From NCBI GenBank assembly GCA_041548245.1, contig JBFESZ010000008.1:1-39539 (forward strand): DNA of 39,539 nucleotides. Reading direction: 5' to 3'. The translations under genes were made by a program, and so were the position numbers. The notes beneath the pieces were generated by a model that saw only the letters and a program-made list of their open reading frames with translations, ran no database searches and had not been told where the DNA came from. Within the stretch, counting starts at the first letter, position 1, and every line of letters starts with the position of its first letter. The stretch comes from Sulfurimonadaceae bacterium. Lineage in GTDB: Bacteria > Campylobacterota > Campylobacteria > Campylobacterales > Sulfurimonadaceae. Shown piece after piece: positions 17,822 through 27,286 of this stretch.

Positions 17822-17921
17822 CAGGAGCGTTTTGTCTGTAAATAGATATGAGTCACTTTCTTGAAGAAGAAGTTTTGGATTAGTGCTATTAAGACTAATT
17901 GAAAAATAAGATAAACTCCGC

Positions 17922-18014
17922 TATAATCCCGTTTACAATAAATCCGCCCCCGTACGGATTTTAAAAAAAATATACCGTGATTACGTACATAGCGTGACAC
18001 ATAAGGAAATAGTG
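17922..18014 (+). promoter_or_regulatory. rpmE promoter and two-hairpin 5' leader
   Basis: gcTATAAT at 17922-17927; hairpins at 17940-17961 and 17977-18000; AAGGA RBS. Confidence 0.55.
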
Positions 18015-18215
18015 ATGAAAAAAGATCTTCACCCAGACGTTGTTGATTGTAAAGTAACGTGTGCATGTGGTAACACATTTGACACAAGAAGCGTAAAAAA
18101 CGAGATCCGTGTAGAGATCTGTAATGAATGTCACCCGTTCTTCACAGGTTCTGAGCGTATGGTAGATACTGCTGGACGTATTGATAAATTCAAAAAACGT
18201 TACAACCTCGACTAG
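18015..18215 (+). CDS. rpmE: 50S ribosomal protein L31 (Zn-binding, C+ type)
   Basis: MKKDLHP...CACG...[10 protein letters not shown]...GRIDKF. Start moved to ATG 18015. Confidence 0.98.
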   Translation: MKKDLHPDVVDCKVTCACGNTFDTRSVKNEIRVEICNECHPFFTGSERMVDTAGRIDKFKKRYNLD

Positions 18216-18224
18216 TCAAACCTT

Positions 18225-18251
18225 TGATGGCCTTTGGCTATCATGTTTTTT
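18225..18251 (+). terminator. Intrinsic terminator after rpmE
   Basis: TGATGGCC-TTT-GGCTATCA stem followed by TGTTTTTT. Confidence 0.7.
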
Positions 18252-18299
18252 AAGCCTTTTCTTCACCAAAACAATTTTAAGACTTGAAAGAAGTCTATC

Positions 18300-19112
18300 A
18301 TGCTAACACTTGTCCCAACACCTATCGGAAATATTGCTGATATATCCCTAAGAGCCATGGAAGCTTTAAGTCAGGCTGAAGTTTTACTCTGTGAAGATAC
18401 CCGTGTAACTAAAAAACTTCTGCATATTTTAGAAGAGCGTTACAGTATTGAACGCAAAGAGCAGGAGTTTGTCTCCCTTCACTCACACAATGAAGCGGCT
18501 TTTATTGAAAAACTTTCACCATCATTCTTTGATGCCAATGTGGTCTATGTCTCTGATGCCGGTATGCCGGGAATCAGTGACCCGGGACAGCTTCTGGTTA
18601 AATACTGTCAGGAAAATCAAATTGAATATGATGTACTGCCAGGGGCCAATGCATTGCTTACAGCATTTGTCGCAAGCGGTTTTGTCAATACACAAATGCT
18701 TTTTTTCGGGTTCTTGCCACATAAGGGAAAAGAGAGAGCACAAGCACTTCAGAACGCACTATATAACGGTTTTACAACGATACTTTATGAGGCACCACAC
18801 CGTCTTGAAAAGCTTTTAAAGGAGCTACATGAAGAGGTACCTGATCGTCGGGTTTTTTGTGCAAAAGAGTTGAGTAAAAAGTATCAGAGTTATTTTCACG
18901 GTCAAGCTTCTGATATGTCAAAACAGATTACGAAAGATTCAATTAAAGGCGAATGGGTTATTGTCATCGAGGCGGGTGAGGCAAGACAAAGTGCTTTGAG
19001 CGAAAAAGATGTTCTGGAACTTGATATTCCCAAAAAATCCGCTGCGAAACTTATTTCCAAGATAACTGGTGAAAATACCAAGGCTTGTTATCAACGTCTT
19101 CTTGAGATGTGA
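18300..19112 (+). CDS. rsmI: 16S rRNA C1402 2'-O-methyltransferase
   Basis: PTPIGN, CEDTR, VSDAGMPGISDPG, YEAPHR, KGEWV. Confidence 0.97.
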   Translation: MLTLVPTPIGNIADISLRAMEALSQAEVLLCEDTRVTKKLLHILEERYSIERKEQEFVSLHSHNEAAFIEKLSPSFFDANVVYVSDAGMPGISDPGQLLVKYCQENQIEYDVLPGANALLTAFVASGFVNTQMLFFGFLPHKGKERAQALQNALYNGFTTILYEAPHRLEKLLKELHEEVPDRRVFCAKELSKKYQSYFHGQASDMSKQITKDSIKGEWVIVIEAGEARQSALSEKDVLELDIPKKSAAKLISKITGENTKACYQRLLEM

Positions 19113-19247
19113 TTCTTCTTAATATCTTGGAACCAGATTATTCCAAGCGTAACAGATAGCGATAAATCTCACTCTCTTTTATTCTCGTTTACTTTATTTT
19201 TATCATATTGTCATATACTTAAGAGATTTTTGGATAAACTCCTCACC

Positions 19248-19925
19248 ATGATAATATATGGAAAACAACCGGTTTACTACCTAATTGAAAAACATCCGAA
19301 AAGTATTAAGACCCTTTTTCTTTCAAAAGAGCTTGATAAAAAAGAGTATTCACGCCTGATGCGCATGGATTTTGAACTTAAGAGAATCCCGGCAAATGCG
19401 GCTCAGTCGATGAGTAAGACAGGGAACCATCAAGGATTTCTGGCTGAAGTGGATGAACTTAACCTGTACGATCTTAAAGACCTGCCAAAGGCAGAGTTCA
19501 TTGTCGTATTGGCAGGTATTACAGATATGGGGAATATGGGTGCGATCATTCGTACAGCCTATGCCCTTGGTGTCGATGCTGTCGTTGTGAGTGGGATTAA
19601 GCAGTTTTCTGCGGAAAATGTAGTGCGAAGCAGTGCGGGTGCAGCTTATGATATGCCGATCGTGCATGTCCATAATCTTTATGATGTTATGAATGAACTT
19701 AAACTTGAAGGATTTACGCTTTATGGCGCGGCTATGGATGGTGAGGATATCCGTAAAATAGAGTGCAAGGGTAAGCGTGCCTTGATCATGGGAAATGAAG
19801 CCGAAGGGATTCCTTCTCGTGCACAGAAGAAACTTGATAAAAAGGTCTCGATAGAGATGGCAAATGATTTTGATTCTTTAAACGTGAGTGTAGCAGGTGC
19901 GATTATCATGGATAGGATGAGATAA
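19248..19925 (+). CDS. rlmB: 23S rRNA G2251 2'-O-methyltransferase (TrmH/SpoU family)
   Basis: IYGKQPV, NHQG, GNMGAIIRTA, GNEAEGI, SLNVSVA. Start moved to ATG 19248. Confidence 0.9.
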   Translation: MIIYGKQPVYYLIEKHPKSIKTLFLSKELDKKEYSRLMRMDFELKRIPANAAQSMSKTGNHQGFLAEVDELNLYDLKDLPKAEFIVVLAGITDMGNMGAIIRTAYALGVDAVVVSGIKQFSAENVVRSSAGAAYDMPIVHVHNLYDVMNELKLEGFTLYGAAMDGEDIRKIECKGKRALIMGNEAEGIPSRAQKKLDKKVSIEMANDFDSLNVSVAGAIIMDRMR

Positions 19926-19938
19926 TAAGGAGGTGTAA

Positions 19939-20742
19939 ATGACGGGTCTGGAAAAACTTCGTGAAATTGGGGCGCACAAGATTTATGAGAAGACACATAT
20001 TGCAAAAAAATTTGTAGAAGATATTTTAAACGAGAACTACTCTTCGATGAACAAGATACAGTTTACGGGATTTATTTCAATTCTCGAACGTGAGTTCGGT
20101 GTCGATCTTCATGAAGTACGTGAGGCCTACAACAACAGGTTCAATCAAGGTGCATCAATAAAAGAAGAACCCTTTGTCATCAGTGCACAAGAGGGTGGGA
20201 AAAAACCTGCAAATAAAAGCGTCTACATTGCGGGTACTCTGATTTTTGCCGGTATTTTACTTGGTATATTAAACTTTTCCAATGCATCAGATAAAGAAGA
20301 GTCCCTTGATAAGTCGGTCATTGAGACCGAAACAGAGGGAGTGGAAAAAGAACTTGATACCATTGCAATTCAAGAAGCGAAAGCAAACCTCAATCATCTT
20401 GGAAATACCACAGTGGCTCAACTCTCTGTACCGGAAGAGATTCCAATAGAACCGATACATTCGAGCAAGTTTAAGATCATCCCACGCAGCAACCTCTGGA
20501 TTGGGATCATAGATATGGAGACTTTCCAGCGTACACAAAAACTCGGTTCGGAGCCTGTCGAGCTTGCTCCGGATAAGAATTGGCTTTTAGTGATGGGACA
20601 CGGTTTTGTCAACTTTGAGCTTAATGATGAAGAGAAGAGGTTCCAGGATGAGCAGAAGGTGTGGTTTGCTTATGAGGACGGTGTTTTGAACAAGCTGACA
20701 CGGAGTGAGTTTAAAGAAAAAAACAGAGGTAGGGCTTGGTAA
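19939..20742 (+). CDS. Bitopic membrane protein with N-terminal HTH-like domain (RodZ-like architecture)
   Basis: N-terminal IYEKTHI...GFISILEREF, a single TM at about aa 95-113 and a beta-rich C-terminal domain. Confidence 0.65.
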   Translation: MTGLEKLREIGAHKIYEKTHIAKKFVEDILNENYSSMNKIQFTGFISILEREFGVDLHEVREAYNNRFNQGASIKEEPFVISAQEGGKKPANKSVYIAGTLIFAGILLGILNFSNASDKEESLDKSVIETETEGVEKELDTIAIQEAKANLNHLGNTTVAQLSVPEEIPIEPIHSSKFKIIPRSNLWIGIIDMETFQRTQKLGSEPVELAPDKNWLLVMGHGFVNFELNDEEKRFQDEQKVWFAYEDGVLNKLTRSEFKEKNRGRAW

Positions 20743-21605
20743 AAAGACTCTTATTTATACTTTTTCTTGGCTTTAGTGTCCTGCATGGTGAAGAGTCTAT
20801 CTTGGAGCCAGGAGTTCAGGAGAGTGCTCAGCAAAAAGATCTTTTACAGGAAAAGATAAAAAAACTCATAGGCGATAAAGCATATGCACGGCATGTGAAG
20901 TTTATCAAGATCATTTTCGCAAACGAAGATAATTTTTACATGAAGGATCGTGTAGATGTCGCTAATGTCATCCAGACTCTAAAAGACAATGGCTTATTAG
21001 ACCTTTTCTTTAAAAAACCTCAAGAGATGCATCTGACATTCCAATCAAGCGGACACCCTCTTTTTTTTGTAAAGATTATGAGTGACACCTTACAGTCAAT
21101 GGGTTATTATCGATTTATAACAGACCACTCAAAACAGGATGAAAGCGGCTTCTTTTGGACGATACGTTTGACGGGAGAATATGCTATCGACCCCGTATTA
21201 TTAAAGTCTGCTCTTCAGAAAAGGGGTTGTGACATCGTTGATATCGATCGTCATAGCAAAACTGACTGGTCCTATCATATTGATATGAAAAATGCCTATT
21301 TAATGCTTGAAGAGTTACCTCCGTATAAGGAAAGAGAACTTAAGAAGTCGCTTTATGAGCATTGGCTGAATGTAAAATCATCAAAATCATTAACACTATG
21401 GAGTTTAAAAGGAAATAATTGGTATCCTTACGTTTCAATTTATGACAAAGAGCTTCATCTATTAAAAGTATATAAACGCGATAAGAGAACTAAAAAGATC
21501 AAGTTGGAGCTTCCTCAAGATGCGGCCTACGTAAAGATAGCCGATCTATACAGTTTGAAAAATATCAAAGATGGATTACGTGTACAGACCCAGGGGGTCA
21601 AGTAG
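20736..21605 (+). CDS. Uncharacterised exported (periplasmic) protein
   Basis: Sec-type signal MVKRLLFILFLGFSVLHG; TTG start overlapping the upstream gene. Confidence 0.75.
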   Translation: MVKRLLFILFLGFSVLHGEESILEPGVQESAQQKDLLQEKIKKLIGDKAYARHVKFIKIIFANEDNFYMKDRVDVANVIQTLKDNGLLDLFFKKPQEMHLTFQSSGHPLFFVKIMSDTLQSMGYYRFITDHSKQDESGFFWTIRLTGEYAIDPVLLKSALQKRGCDIVDIDRHSKTDWSYHIDMKNAYLMLEELPPYKERELKKSLYEHWLNVKSSKSLTLWSLKGNNWYPYVSIYDKELHLLKVYKRDKRTKKIKLELPQDAAYVKIADLYSLKNIKDGLRVQTQGVK

Positions 21606-21627
21606 TTCCTTCAAATAAGGTGAAAAA

Positions 21628-22863
21628 ATGTTCGATGAGATACAGTTTGGTCGTATAGATCGACTGCCAAAATATGTGTTTGCAGAAGTAAACGAGCTTA
21701 AGATGCAAGAGCGCCGTGCCGGTGCAGATGTGATTGATTTTTCAATGGGAAATCCTGATGGGGATACACCAGAACATATAAGAGCAAAGCTTGTCGAGTC
21801 TGCCCAAAAGACGAAAACTCATGGGTATGCTGCATCCAAAGGTATCCCAAAACTGTTGGTTGCGATTTCGGATTGGTACAAGCGCCGTTTTGATGCTGAT
21901 TTGGATCCAAATACCGAATGTGTTACCGTAATAGGTTCAAAAGAGGGGTATGCCCACCTGGCGTATGCCGTTACAAATCCGGGCGATGTCGCTGTTGTCC
22001 CTGATCCGACTTACCCGATCCATGAATACTCTTTTATCCTTGCGGGTGGTTCTGTCGTCAAGTTCGGTATTGTGTATGACGAAGATTACAACCTAGATGA
22101 AGACCAATTCTTTATGGATCTTGAGAGAGTTTTCAGAGAGACTTCTCCTAAGCCAAAATATGTCTTGGTAAACTTTCCGCATAATCCGACAACGGTAACG
22201 GTTACACAGGAGTTTTACGTCAGACTTGTTGCCATGGCAAAAGAGAAAAGATTTTATATCATCTCTGATATTGCGTATGGCGATATTACTTTTGATGGTT
22301 ATAAGACACCTTCCATTATGTCCGTTCCGGGAGCTAAAGATGTGGCGGTCGAATCGTTTACGCTTTCGAAGTCATATAACATGGCGGGATGGCGCGTTGG
22401 TTTCTTCGTAGGAAACAAAAAATTGATTGGTGCACTTCAGAAGATAAAATCATGGCTGGATTATGGGATGTTTACACCGATCCAAGTGGCAGCTACGGTC
22501 GCACTTAACGGTGATCAGACTTGTGTGCAGGAGATCACGGATAAATATAATCACAGACAAGAGGTCTTGATCGACGCATTTACAAAAGCCGGCTGGCCTA
22601 TGCGTAAGAATCAGGCATCAATGTTCGTATGGGCAAAAATACCCGAGTGCGTGGCGCATCTTGGTTCCTTGGAGTTCTCAAAACGCCTTTTGGTTGAAGC
22701 CGGCGTAGCGGTTGCTCCAGGTATCGGTTTCGGGCCTGACGGTGAAGGCTATGTGCGTATCGCTTTGATTGAAAATGACAATCGTATCCGTCAAGCAGCA
22801 AGAAATATCAAAGAGTTCCTAAAGCAGTTTAATTGTGAAATACCAAAGGACGATGATGCTTAA
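21628..22863 (+). CDS. PLP-dependent class I/II aminotransferase (AlaC/DapL-like)
   Basis: MGNPD, GSKEG, NFPHNPT, SDIAY, SKSYNMAGWRVG (PLP lysine). Substrate not determinable from the sequence. Confidence 0.92.
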   Translation: MFDEIQFGRIDRLPKYVFAEVNELKMQERRAGADVIDFSMGNPDGDTPEHIRAKLVESAQKTKTHGYAASKGIPKLLVAISDWYKRRFDADLDPNTECVTVIGSKEGYAHLAYAVTNPGDVAVVPDPTYPIHEYSFILAGGSVVKFGIVYDEDYNLDEDQFFMDLERVFRETSPKPKYVLVNFPHNPTTVTVTQEFYVRLVAMAKEKRFYIISDIAYGDITFDGYKTPSIMSVPGAKDVAVESFTLSKSYNMAGWRVGFFVGNKKLIGALQKIKSWLDYGMFTPIQVAATVALNGDQTCVQEITDKYNHRQEVLIDAFTKAGWPMRKNQASMFVWAKIPECVAHLGSLEFSKRLLVEAGVAVAPGIGFGPDGEGYVRIALIENDNRIRQAARNIKEFLKQFNCEIPKDDDA

Positions 22864-24118
22864 AGTCGGTGTAATCGGTGTCGGGACAGTAGGTACTTCT
22901 GTAGTCAATATCTTAAAGAAGAATGCAGACATCATTACAGCACGTGCTGGCCAGGAGATCCGTGTTATCAGTGGTGTTGTCAACAATCTTGAAAAAGACC
23001 GTGGTGTTGATATCAAGCTCTCTAAAGACCCGATGGACATCATTAACGACCCTGAAATCGACATAGTTGTTGAGTTGATGGGTGGCGTTGAAGAAGCTTT
23101 TGAAGTGGTGAAGGCGGCTCTTAAGAAAGGCAAAGCTGTTGTTACAGCCAATAAAGCACTTTTGGCCTATCACCGGTATGAACTTCAAGAACTTGCAGGT
23201 GATATTCCATTTGAATATGAGGCATCTGTAGCGGGTGGTATTCCTATTATCAATGCACTTCGCGATGGTCTTTCGGCTAATCATATAAAGTCAATCAGAG
23301 GTATCATGAATGGTACTTGTAACTATATGCTGACGAAAATGATGAATGAGGGTGTCGATTTCCAAGCGATTTTAGATGAAGCTCAGGCCCTGGGGTATGC
23401 AGAAGCAGATCCGACCTTTGATATAGGCGGATTTGATGCGGCACACAAACTTCTTATTCTAGCCTCTATCGCTTATGGGATTGATGCGAAACCGGAGGAT
23501 ATTCTTATTGAGGGTATTGAGAAGATCACACAAGAGGATATCTCTTTTGCCAAAGAATTCGGGTATGCCATCAAACTGTTGACCATTGCAAAAAAGACAG
23601 GCAACGAGGTCGAACTTCGTACACATGCTGCGCTTGTGAAGAAAGATGAGATGATTGCAAAGATCGATGGTGTGATGAATGGGGTCTCTGTGATTGGTGA
23701 TATGGTGGGTGAGACGTTGTACTATGGACCTGGTGCAGGAGGTGATGCAACAGCTTCTGCCGTTGTCGCTAATATTATTGATATTGCGCGTTCGGGTAAA
23801 CGTTCTCCAATGCTGGGCTTTCAAACACCGCTTGATAAGGGCTTGAAATTAAAGTCGAAAGATGAAATTGTCTCTAAATATTATATCCGTATGGGTGTAG
23901 AAGATAAACCAGGTGTATTGTCCGCTGTGACGAAAATGTTCGCTGATCATAATATCTCTATTGAAACTTTACTGCAGCGCCCCTGTATCGATGGGAGTGC
24001 GAACCTTCTCTTTGCTACACATGAAGCGGTTGAAAAAAATATACAAAGTATACTATCAGAACTTGATGCCGTCTCTTTTGTAAAATCAACTCCAACGATG
24101 ATTCGTATCGAAGCTTAA
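22856..24118 (+). CDS. hom: Homoserine dehydrogenase with C-terminal ACT domain
   Basis: GVGTVG, VVTANK, EASVAGGIP, NGTCNY, GYAEADP, GPGAGG, DKPGVL. Start moved to the ATG after AAGGA. Confidence 0.97.
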   Translation: MLKVGVIGVGTVGTSVVNILKKNADIITARAGQEIRVISGVVNNLEKDRGVDIKLSKDPMDIINDPEIDIVVELMGGVEEAFEVVKAALKKGKAVVTANKALLAYHRYELQELAGDIPFEYEASVAGGIPIINALRDGLSANHIKSIRGIMNGTCNYMLTKMMNEGVDFQAILDEAQALGYAEADPTFDIGGFDAAHKLLILASIAYGIDAKPEDILIEGIEKITQEDISFAKEFGYAIKLLTIAKKTGNEVELRTHAALVKKDEMIAKIDGVMNGVSVIGDMVGETLYYGPGAGGDATASAVVANIIDIARSGKRSPMLGFQTPLDKGLKLKSKDEIVSKYYIRMGVEDKPGVLSAVTKMFADHNISIETLLQRPCIDGSANLLFATHEAVEKNIQSILSELDAVSFVKSTPTMIRIEA

Positions 24119-24154
24119 CCTTAAAAGAAATTTTTTAAGGTTAAAGTTAACCTT
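24115..24154. repeat. Overlapping inverted repeats of TTAACCTT (hom terminator and/or operator)
   Basis: TTAACCTTAAAA (24115-24126) pairs with TTTTAAGGTTAA (24133-24144); AAGGTTAA-AG-TTAACCTT spans 24137-24154. Confidence 0.7.
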
Positions 24155-24212
24155 TCTGTTTAATTTTAGTTTTTTTCTTTTGTATCTATAATATCTGAAA
24201 AGGGAGTATTTT

Positions 24213-24572
24213 ATGGATTTGGCGGAGAATATTGATGCACTGTTCTTACGAAATAAAGATGCTCTGCTTGTAATTGAGAATGAATATTTTGTTAAAGCAA
24301 ATAAAAGGGCATTAGAACTTTTAGATATCAGCTCAGTGGATGTCATGAAGGCACTTCATCCGGCAAAGATATCTCCTGAATATCAACCTGATGGTGAATC
24401 ATCCAAGCTGAAGGCTAATCATATGTTTTCGCGTTTAGCTAAAGAAGGTTATATCCAATTTGATTGGCAACATATTACTATCCATGGGAATCCTTTTGAT
24501 GTTCAGGTTTCTCTACGTTTGAGAGAGGAAAATAATCGCATTTTCATTGATGTACATTGGTACGAATACTAA
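24213..24572 (+). CDS. Stand-alone PAS-domain protein
   Basis: DALLVI...FVKANKRALELL...ISPEYQPDG...FDWQH...G.PFDVQVSL PAS pattern; own TATAAT (24187-24192) and GGGAG RBS. Confidence 0.85.
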   Translation: MDLAENIDALFLRNKDALLVIENEYFVKANKRALELLDISSVDVMKALHPAKISPEYQPDGESSKLKANHMFSRLAKEGYIQFDWQHITIHGNPFDVQVSLRLREENNRIFIDVHWYEY

Positions 24573-24728
24573 AAGCTCTTCTTAGCTAAAAATCACTCTA
24601 TAGCATTCTCTTAGAACTACTTTAATGATTTTGATTCTCGTTTGATTTGTTCTCTTTTTAAGAGAGACAAAGCTACTATGTCACAATTATTTTTTCAAGG
24701 GCATATGCCATGCTCGTAAGGTATTTTC

Positions 24729-26795
24729 GTGGAAGTTATTGATAGTGTATGTGCATATTGTGGTGTAGGCTGTGATATTGCTGCTCATGTAGATGTCAAA
24801 GAAAACAAAATCAAAAAGATCTTTGCACACCCTGATGGGGCAACCTCTGAAGGTCAGCTTTGTGTTAAGGGAAAATATGGATTTGATTTTGTTGACTCAA
24901 AAGAAAGAATCAGAGTACCTAGAATTCGTAAAAGTTTCTTAGAAAAGAATCCACATATTAAAGAAAAAATAGCGGATACCTTAGTTGATTTAGATGATAC
25001 ATGGTATGAGTCTAATTTAGAAGCAGCTACGACTGCTGGAGCGATGAAGCTTAAAGACATCCAAGAAAAATATGGTCGTAAATCGGTATGTTCACTTGGC
25101 GGAGCTAGAACCTCGTGTGAGTCTGCTTATTACTTTCAAAAATTTACACGTTACACACTGGATTCTCCGCATGTAGATAACTGTGCTAGAGTGTGTCACT
25201 CTCCATCATTAAAGGGAATGAGACTTACCATTGGTGAAGGTGCAGCCTCCAATCCATTTGACGATATCTATAAAACAGAGTTTATGATCGTTATGGGTTC
25301 TAACACAACCGAAGCACACCCGATTGTGGGTAACCGTATGATTAAAGCAGCACAAAACGGAACGCCGATCGCGTGTTTTGATGTACGCGAAATCAAACTT
25401 CATAAATTCTCAAAATATAAAGCAATCACGCCACATGAGTCAAACCTGCTTGTATTAAACATGATGGCCTATACTATCATTACTGAAGAGTTATACAACA
25501 AAGACTTTATTAAAAGCCGAACAAAAAACTGGGAACATTATAAAGAAAGTATTCTAAATGACCCCTATGCAAACCCTGAATTTTTCAGAGAGGTTGAAGG
25601 TTATGAATATTTAGCAGATATGCTTCCTGAGATTGCCCGTGAATATGCAACAAAAAAATCATTAATTCTTTGGGGACTTGGGATTACAGAACATACAGAT
25701 GGTTCATATGCAGTAATGGCCATTGTTCACCTTGCATTGATGACAGGAAACATCGGTAAAGATGGCGCGGGTGTCATGCCGCTTCGTGGACAGACAAATG
25801 TTCAGGGAGCCTGCGATATGGGGATGCTTCCTTACTATGCTCCAGATTATCAAGCACCAAAAGAAGTGGGTCTTATGACACCGCAACTTGTAGATGGTAT
25901 GTTAGAGGGTACAATCAAAGGTGTTTTAAACATCGGGGAAGATCTAACGCATATCCATCCCAACCTTAATAAACTGATTCAAGCATTTGAAAACCTGGAG
26001 CTTATCTTTGTTCAAGAGCTGTTTATGACGGATATTGCACGACGTGCAGATATTGTCGTGGGTGTTAAATCTGCTTATGAAAAAACAGGTATCTATATCA
26101 ATGCGATGAGAAAGGTGCACCTCTCAACACCATTGGTACAATCGGACCTGCCAGATGATTGGGAAGTTATCAAGCTTCTTGATGACAAGATGGGTGGTAA
26201 TTACGGTTTTGAGTCTTCTGAAGATATTTGGGAAGATGTTCGTAAAACAGCAACAAACCGTTTTGTGGGTGCTTCTTATAAAGTACTAAGAGACAATGAA
26301 AAAGCAGGTATTTCATGGCCTATCAATGACGATGGTACAGGAACGCCTGTTCTACACCGAGAAGACTTTAGGACAAAAGACGGTATCGGTGCATTTAGAT
26401 ACCATGGCTACAAACTCTCAGGGATGGTAGAAGAGATTAGAAAGAAAGAGCTAAAAGGGTATTACCTGACAACGGGTAGAATTATGGCGCATTACAATAA
26501 CTCTGCGCAGACTAAGTACACAGATAAACTCATGAAGAGGCATACTGAAGATATACTTCTTGTACATGAAGACGATGCAGCAGACTTCACAAGTGAAAAA
26601 GTTATTTTAAAGACTCAATATGGACAAACCAATCCATTAACTGTCAAGTTCACAGATAAGGTTCAGCCAAAAACATTGTATACCACTTTTCATCATGCTG
26701 ATTCAAAACTCAACCATATCTTTGGTGACAAAAGTGATGAGCTCATCATGACAGCTGCATTCAAATCTATTCAAGTTGAGATTATCTGTGCGTAA
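24729..26795 (+). CDS. Molybdo/tungsto-bisPGD oxidoreductase, formate dehydrogenase H alpha-like (Cys type)
   Basis: CAYCGVGC...LCVKG [4Fe-4S] motif, DNCARVCHSPS, RGQTNVQGACDMG, LTTGR. No Tat signal; GTG start. Confidence 0.9.
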   Translation: MEVIDSVCAYCGVGCDIAAHVDVKENKIKKIFAHPDGATSEGQLCVKGKYGFDFVDSKERIRVPRIRKSFLEKNPHIKEKIADTLVDLDDTWYESNLEAATTAGAMKLKDIQEKYGRKSVCSLGGARTSCESAYYFQKFTRYTLDSPHVDNCARVCHSPSLKGMRLTIGEGAASNPFDDIYKTEFMIVMGSNTTEAHPIVGNRMIKAAQNGTPIACFDVREIKLHKFSKYKAITPHESNLLVLNMMAYTIITEELYNKDFIKSRTKNWEHYKESILNDPYANPEFFREVEGYEYLADMLPEIAREYATKKSLILWGLGITEHTDGSYAVMAIVHLALMTGNIGKDGAGVMPLRGQTNVQGACDMGMLPYYAPDYQAPKEVGLMTPQLVDGMLEGTIKGVLNIGEDLTHIHPNLNKLIQAFENLELIFVQELFMTDIARRADIVVGVKSAYEKTGIYINAMRKVHLSTPLVQSDLPDDWEVIKLLDDKMGGNYGFESSEDIWEDVRKTATNRFVGASYKVLRDNEKAGISWPINDDGTGTPVLHREDFRTKDGIGAFRYHGYKLSGMVEEIRKKELKGYYLTTGRIMAHYNNSAQTKYTDKLMKRHTEDILLVHEDDAADFTSEKVILKTQYGQTNPLTVKFTDKVQPKTLYTTFHHADSKLNHIFGDKSDELIMTAAFKSIQVEIICA

Positions 26796-26849
26796 ATAAA
26801 TTTTTTCCCTTTGTTGATAATTATAATGAACTGAGCAATGGAGCTTTAA

Positions 26850-27176
26850 ATGAGTAGAACTCTTGGAAATATTGCAGAGGAAAAAGCTTGTAAATATATC
26901 CAAGAACACGGTTTTCAGATCATTGAGCGAAATTTCACTCTTAGAGGGGGAGAAATTGATATCATCGCAATTAAAGATGGGATCCTGCATTTTATTGAAG
27001 TGAAAAGCGGAAGTTCTTATGATCCGCTTTATAACATCACCCCAAAAAAACTTCGACATGTTATCAATACAGCCCAGCGTTTTATGCAGAAGAGAAATCT
27101 GGACCTGGCTTTTCAAATCGATGCGATTTCTATTCAAAATGATAGCTGTAAACTAGTGGAAAACATCACACTGTAA
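26850..27176 (+). CDS. yraN: YraN family (UPF0102) PD-(D/E)xK nuclease-like protein
   Basis: G..AE, IERN, GEIDIIA, FIEVK. Confidence 0.93.
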   Translation: MSRTLGNIAEEKACKYIQEHGFQIIERNFTLRGGEIDIIAIKDGILHFIEVKSGSSYDPLYNITPKKLRHVINTAQRFMQKRNLDLAFQIDAISIQNDSCKLVENITL

Positions 27177-27248
27177 GGGCTTTCTTTAAACAGGATAAAA
27201 TTACTCCTAATTTGAATTCCTACTAAGAGGTTTTAAAGAATTTGAAGG

Positions 27249-27254
27249 TATAAT
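27249..27254 (+). promoter_or_regulatory. Putative -10 element of trxA
   Basis: ggTATAAT with periodic upstream T-tracts; AAGGA RBS downstream. Confidence 0.55.
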
Positions 27255-27286
27255 ACTTCTAATTAAACTTAAACAAGGAACTACAG

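Noticed and set aside
19126-19147. CTTGGAA/TTCCAAG hairpin similar to dyads at about 33971-33990 and 36188-36201, considered as a repeat family
   Set aside because: Only 6-7 bp are shared, with different loops, so it cannot be distinguished from chance.
25170-25260. Selenocysteine recoding in the FDH-like gene
   Set aside because: The active-site codon is TGT (Cys) and the frame is uninterrupted.
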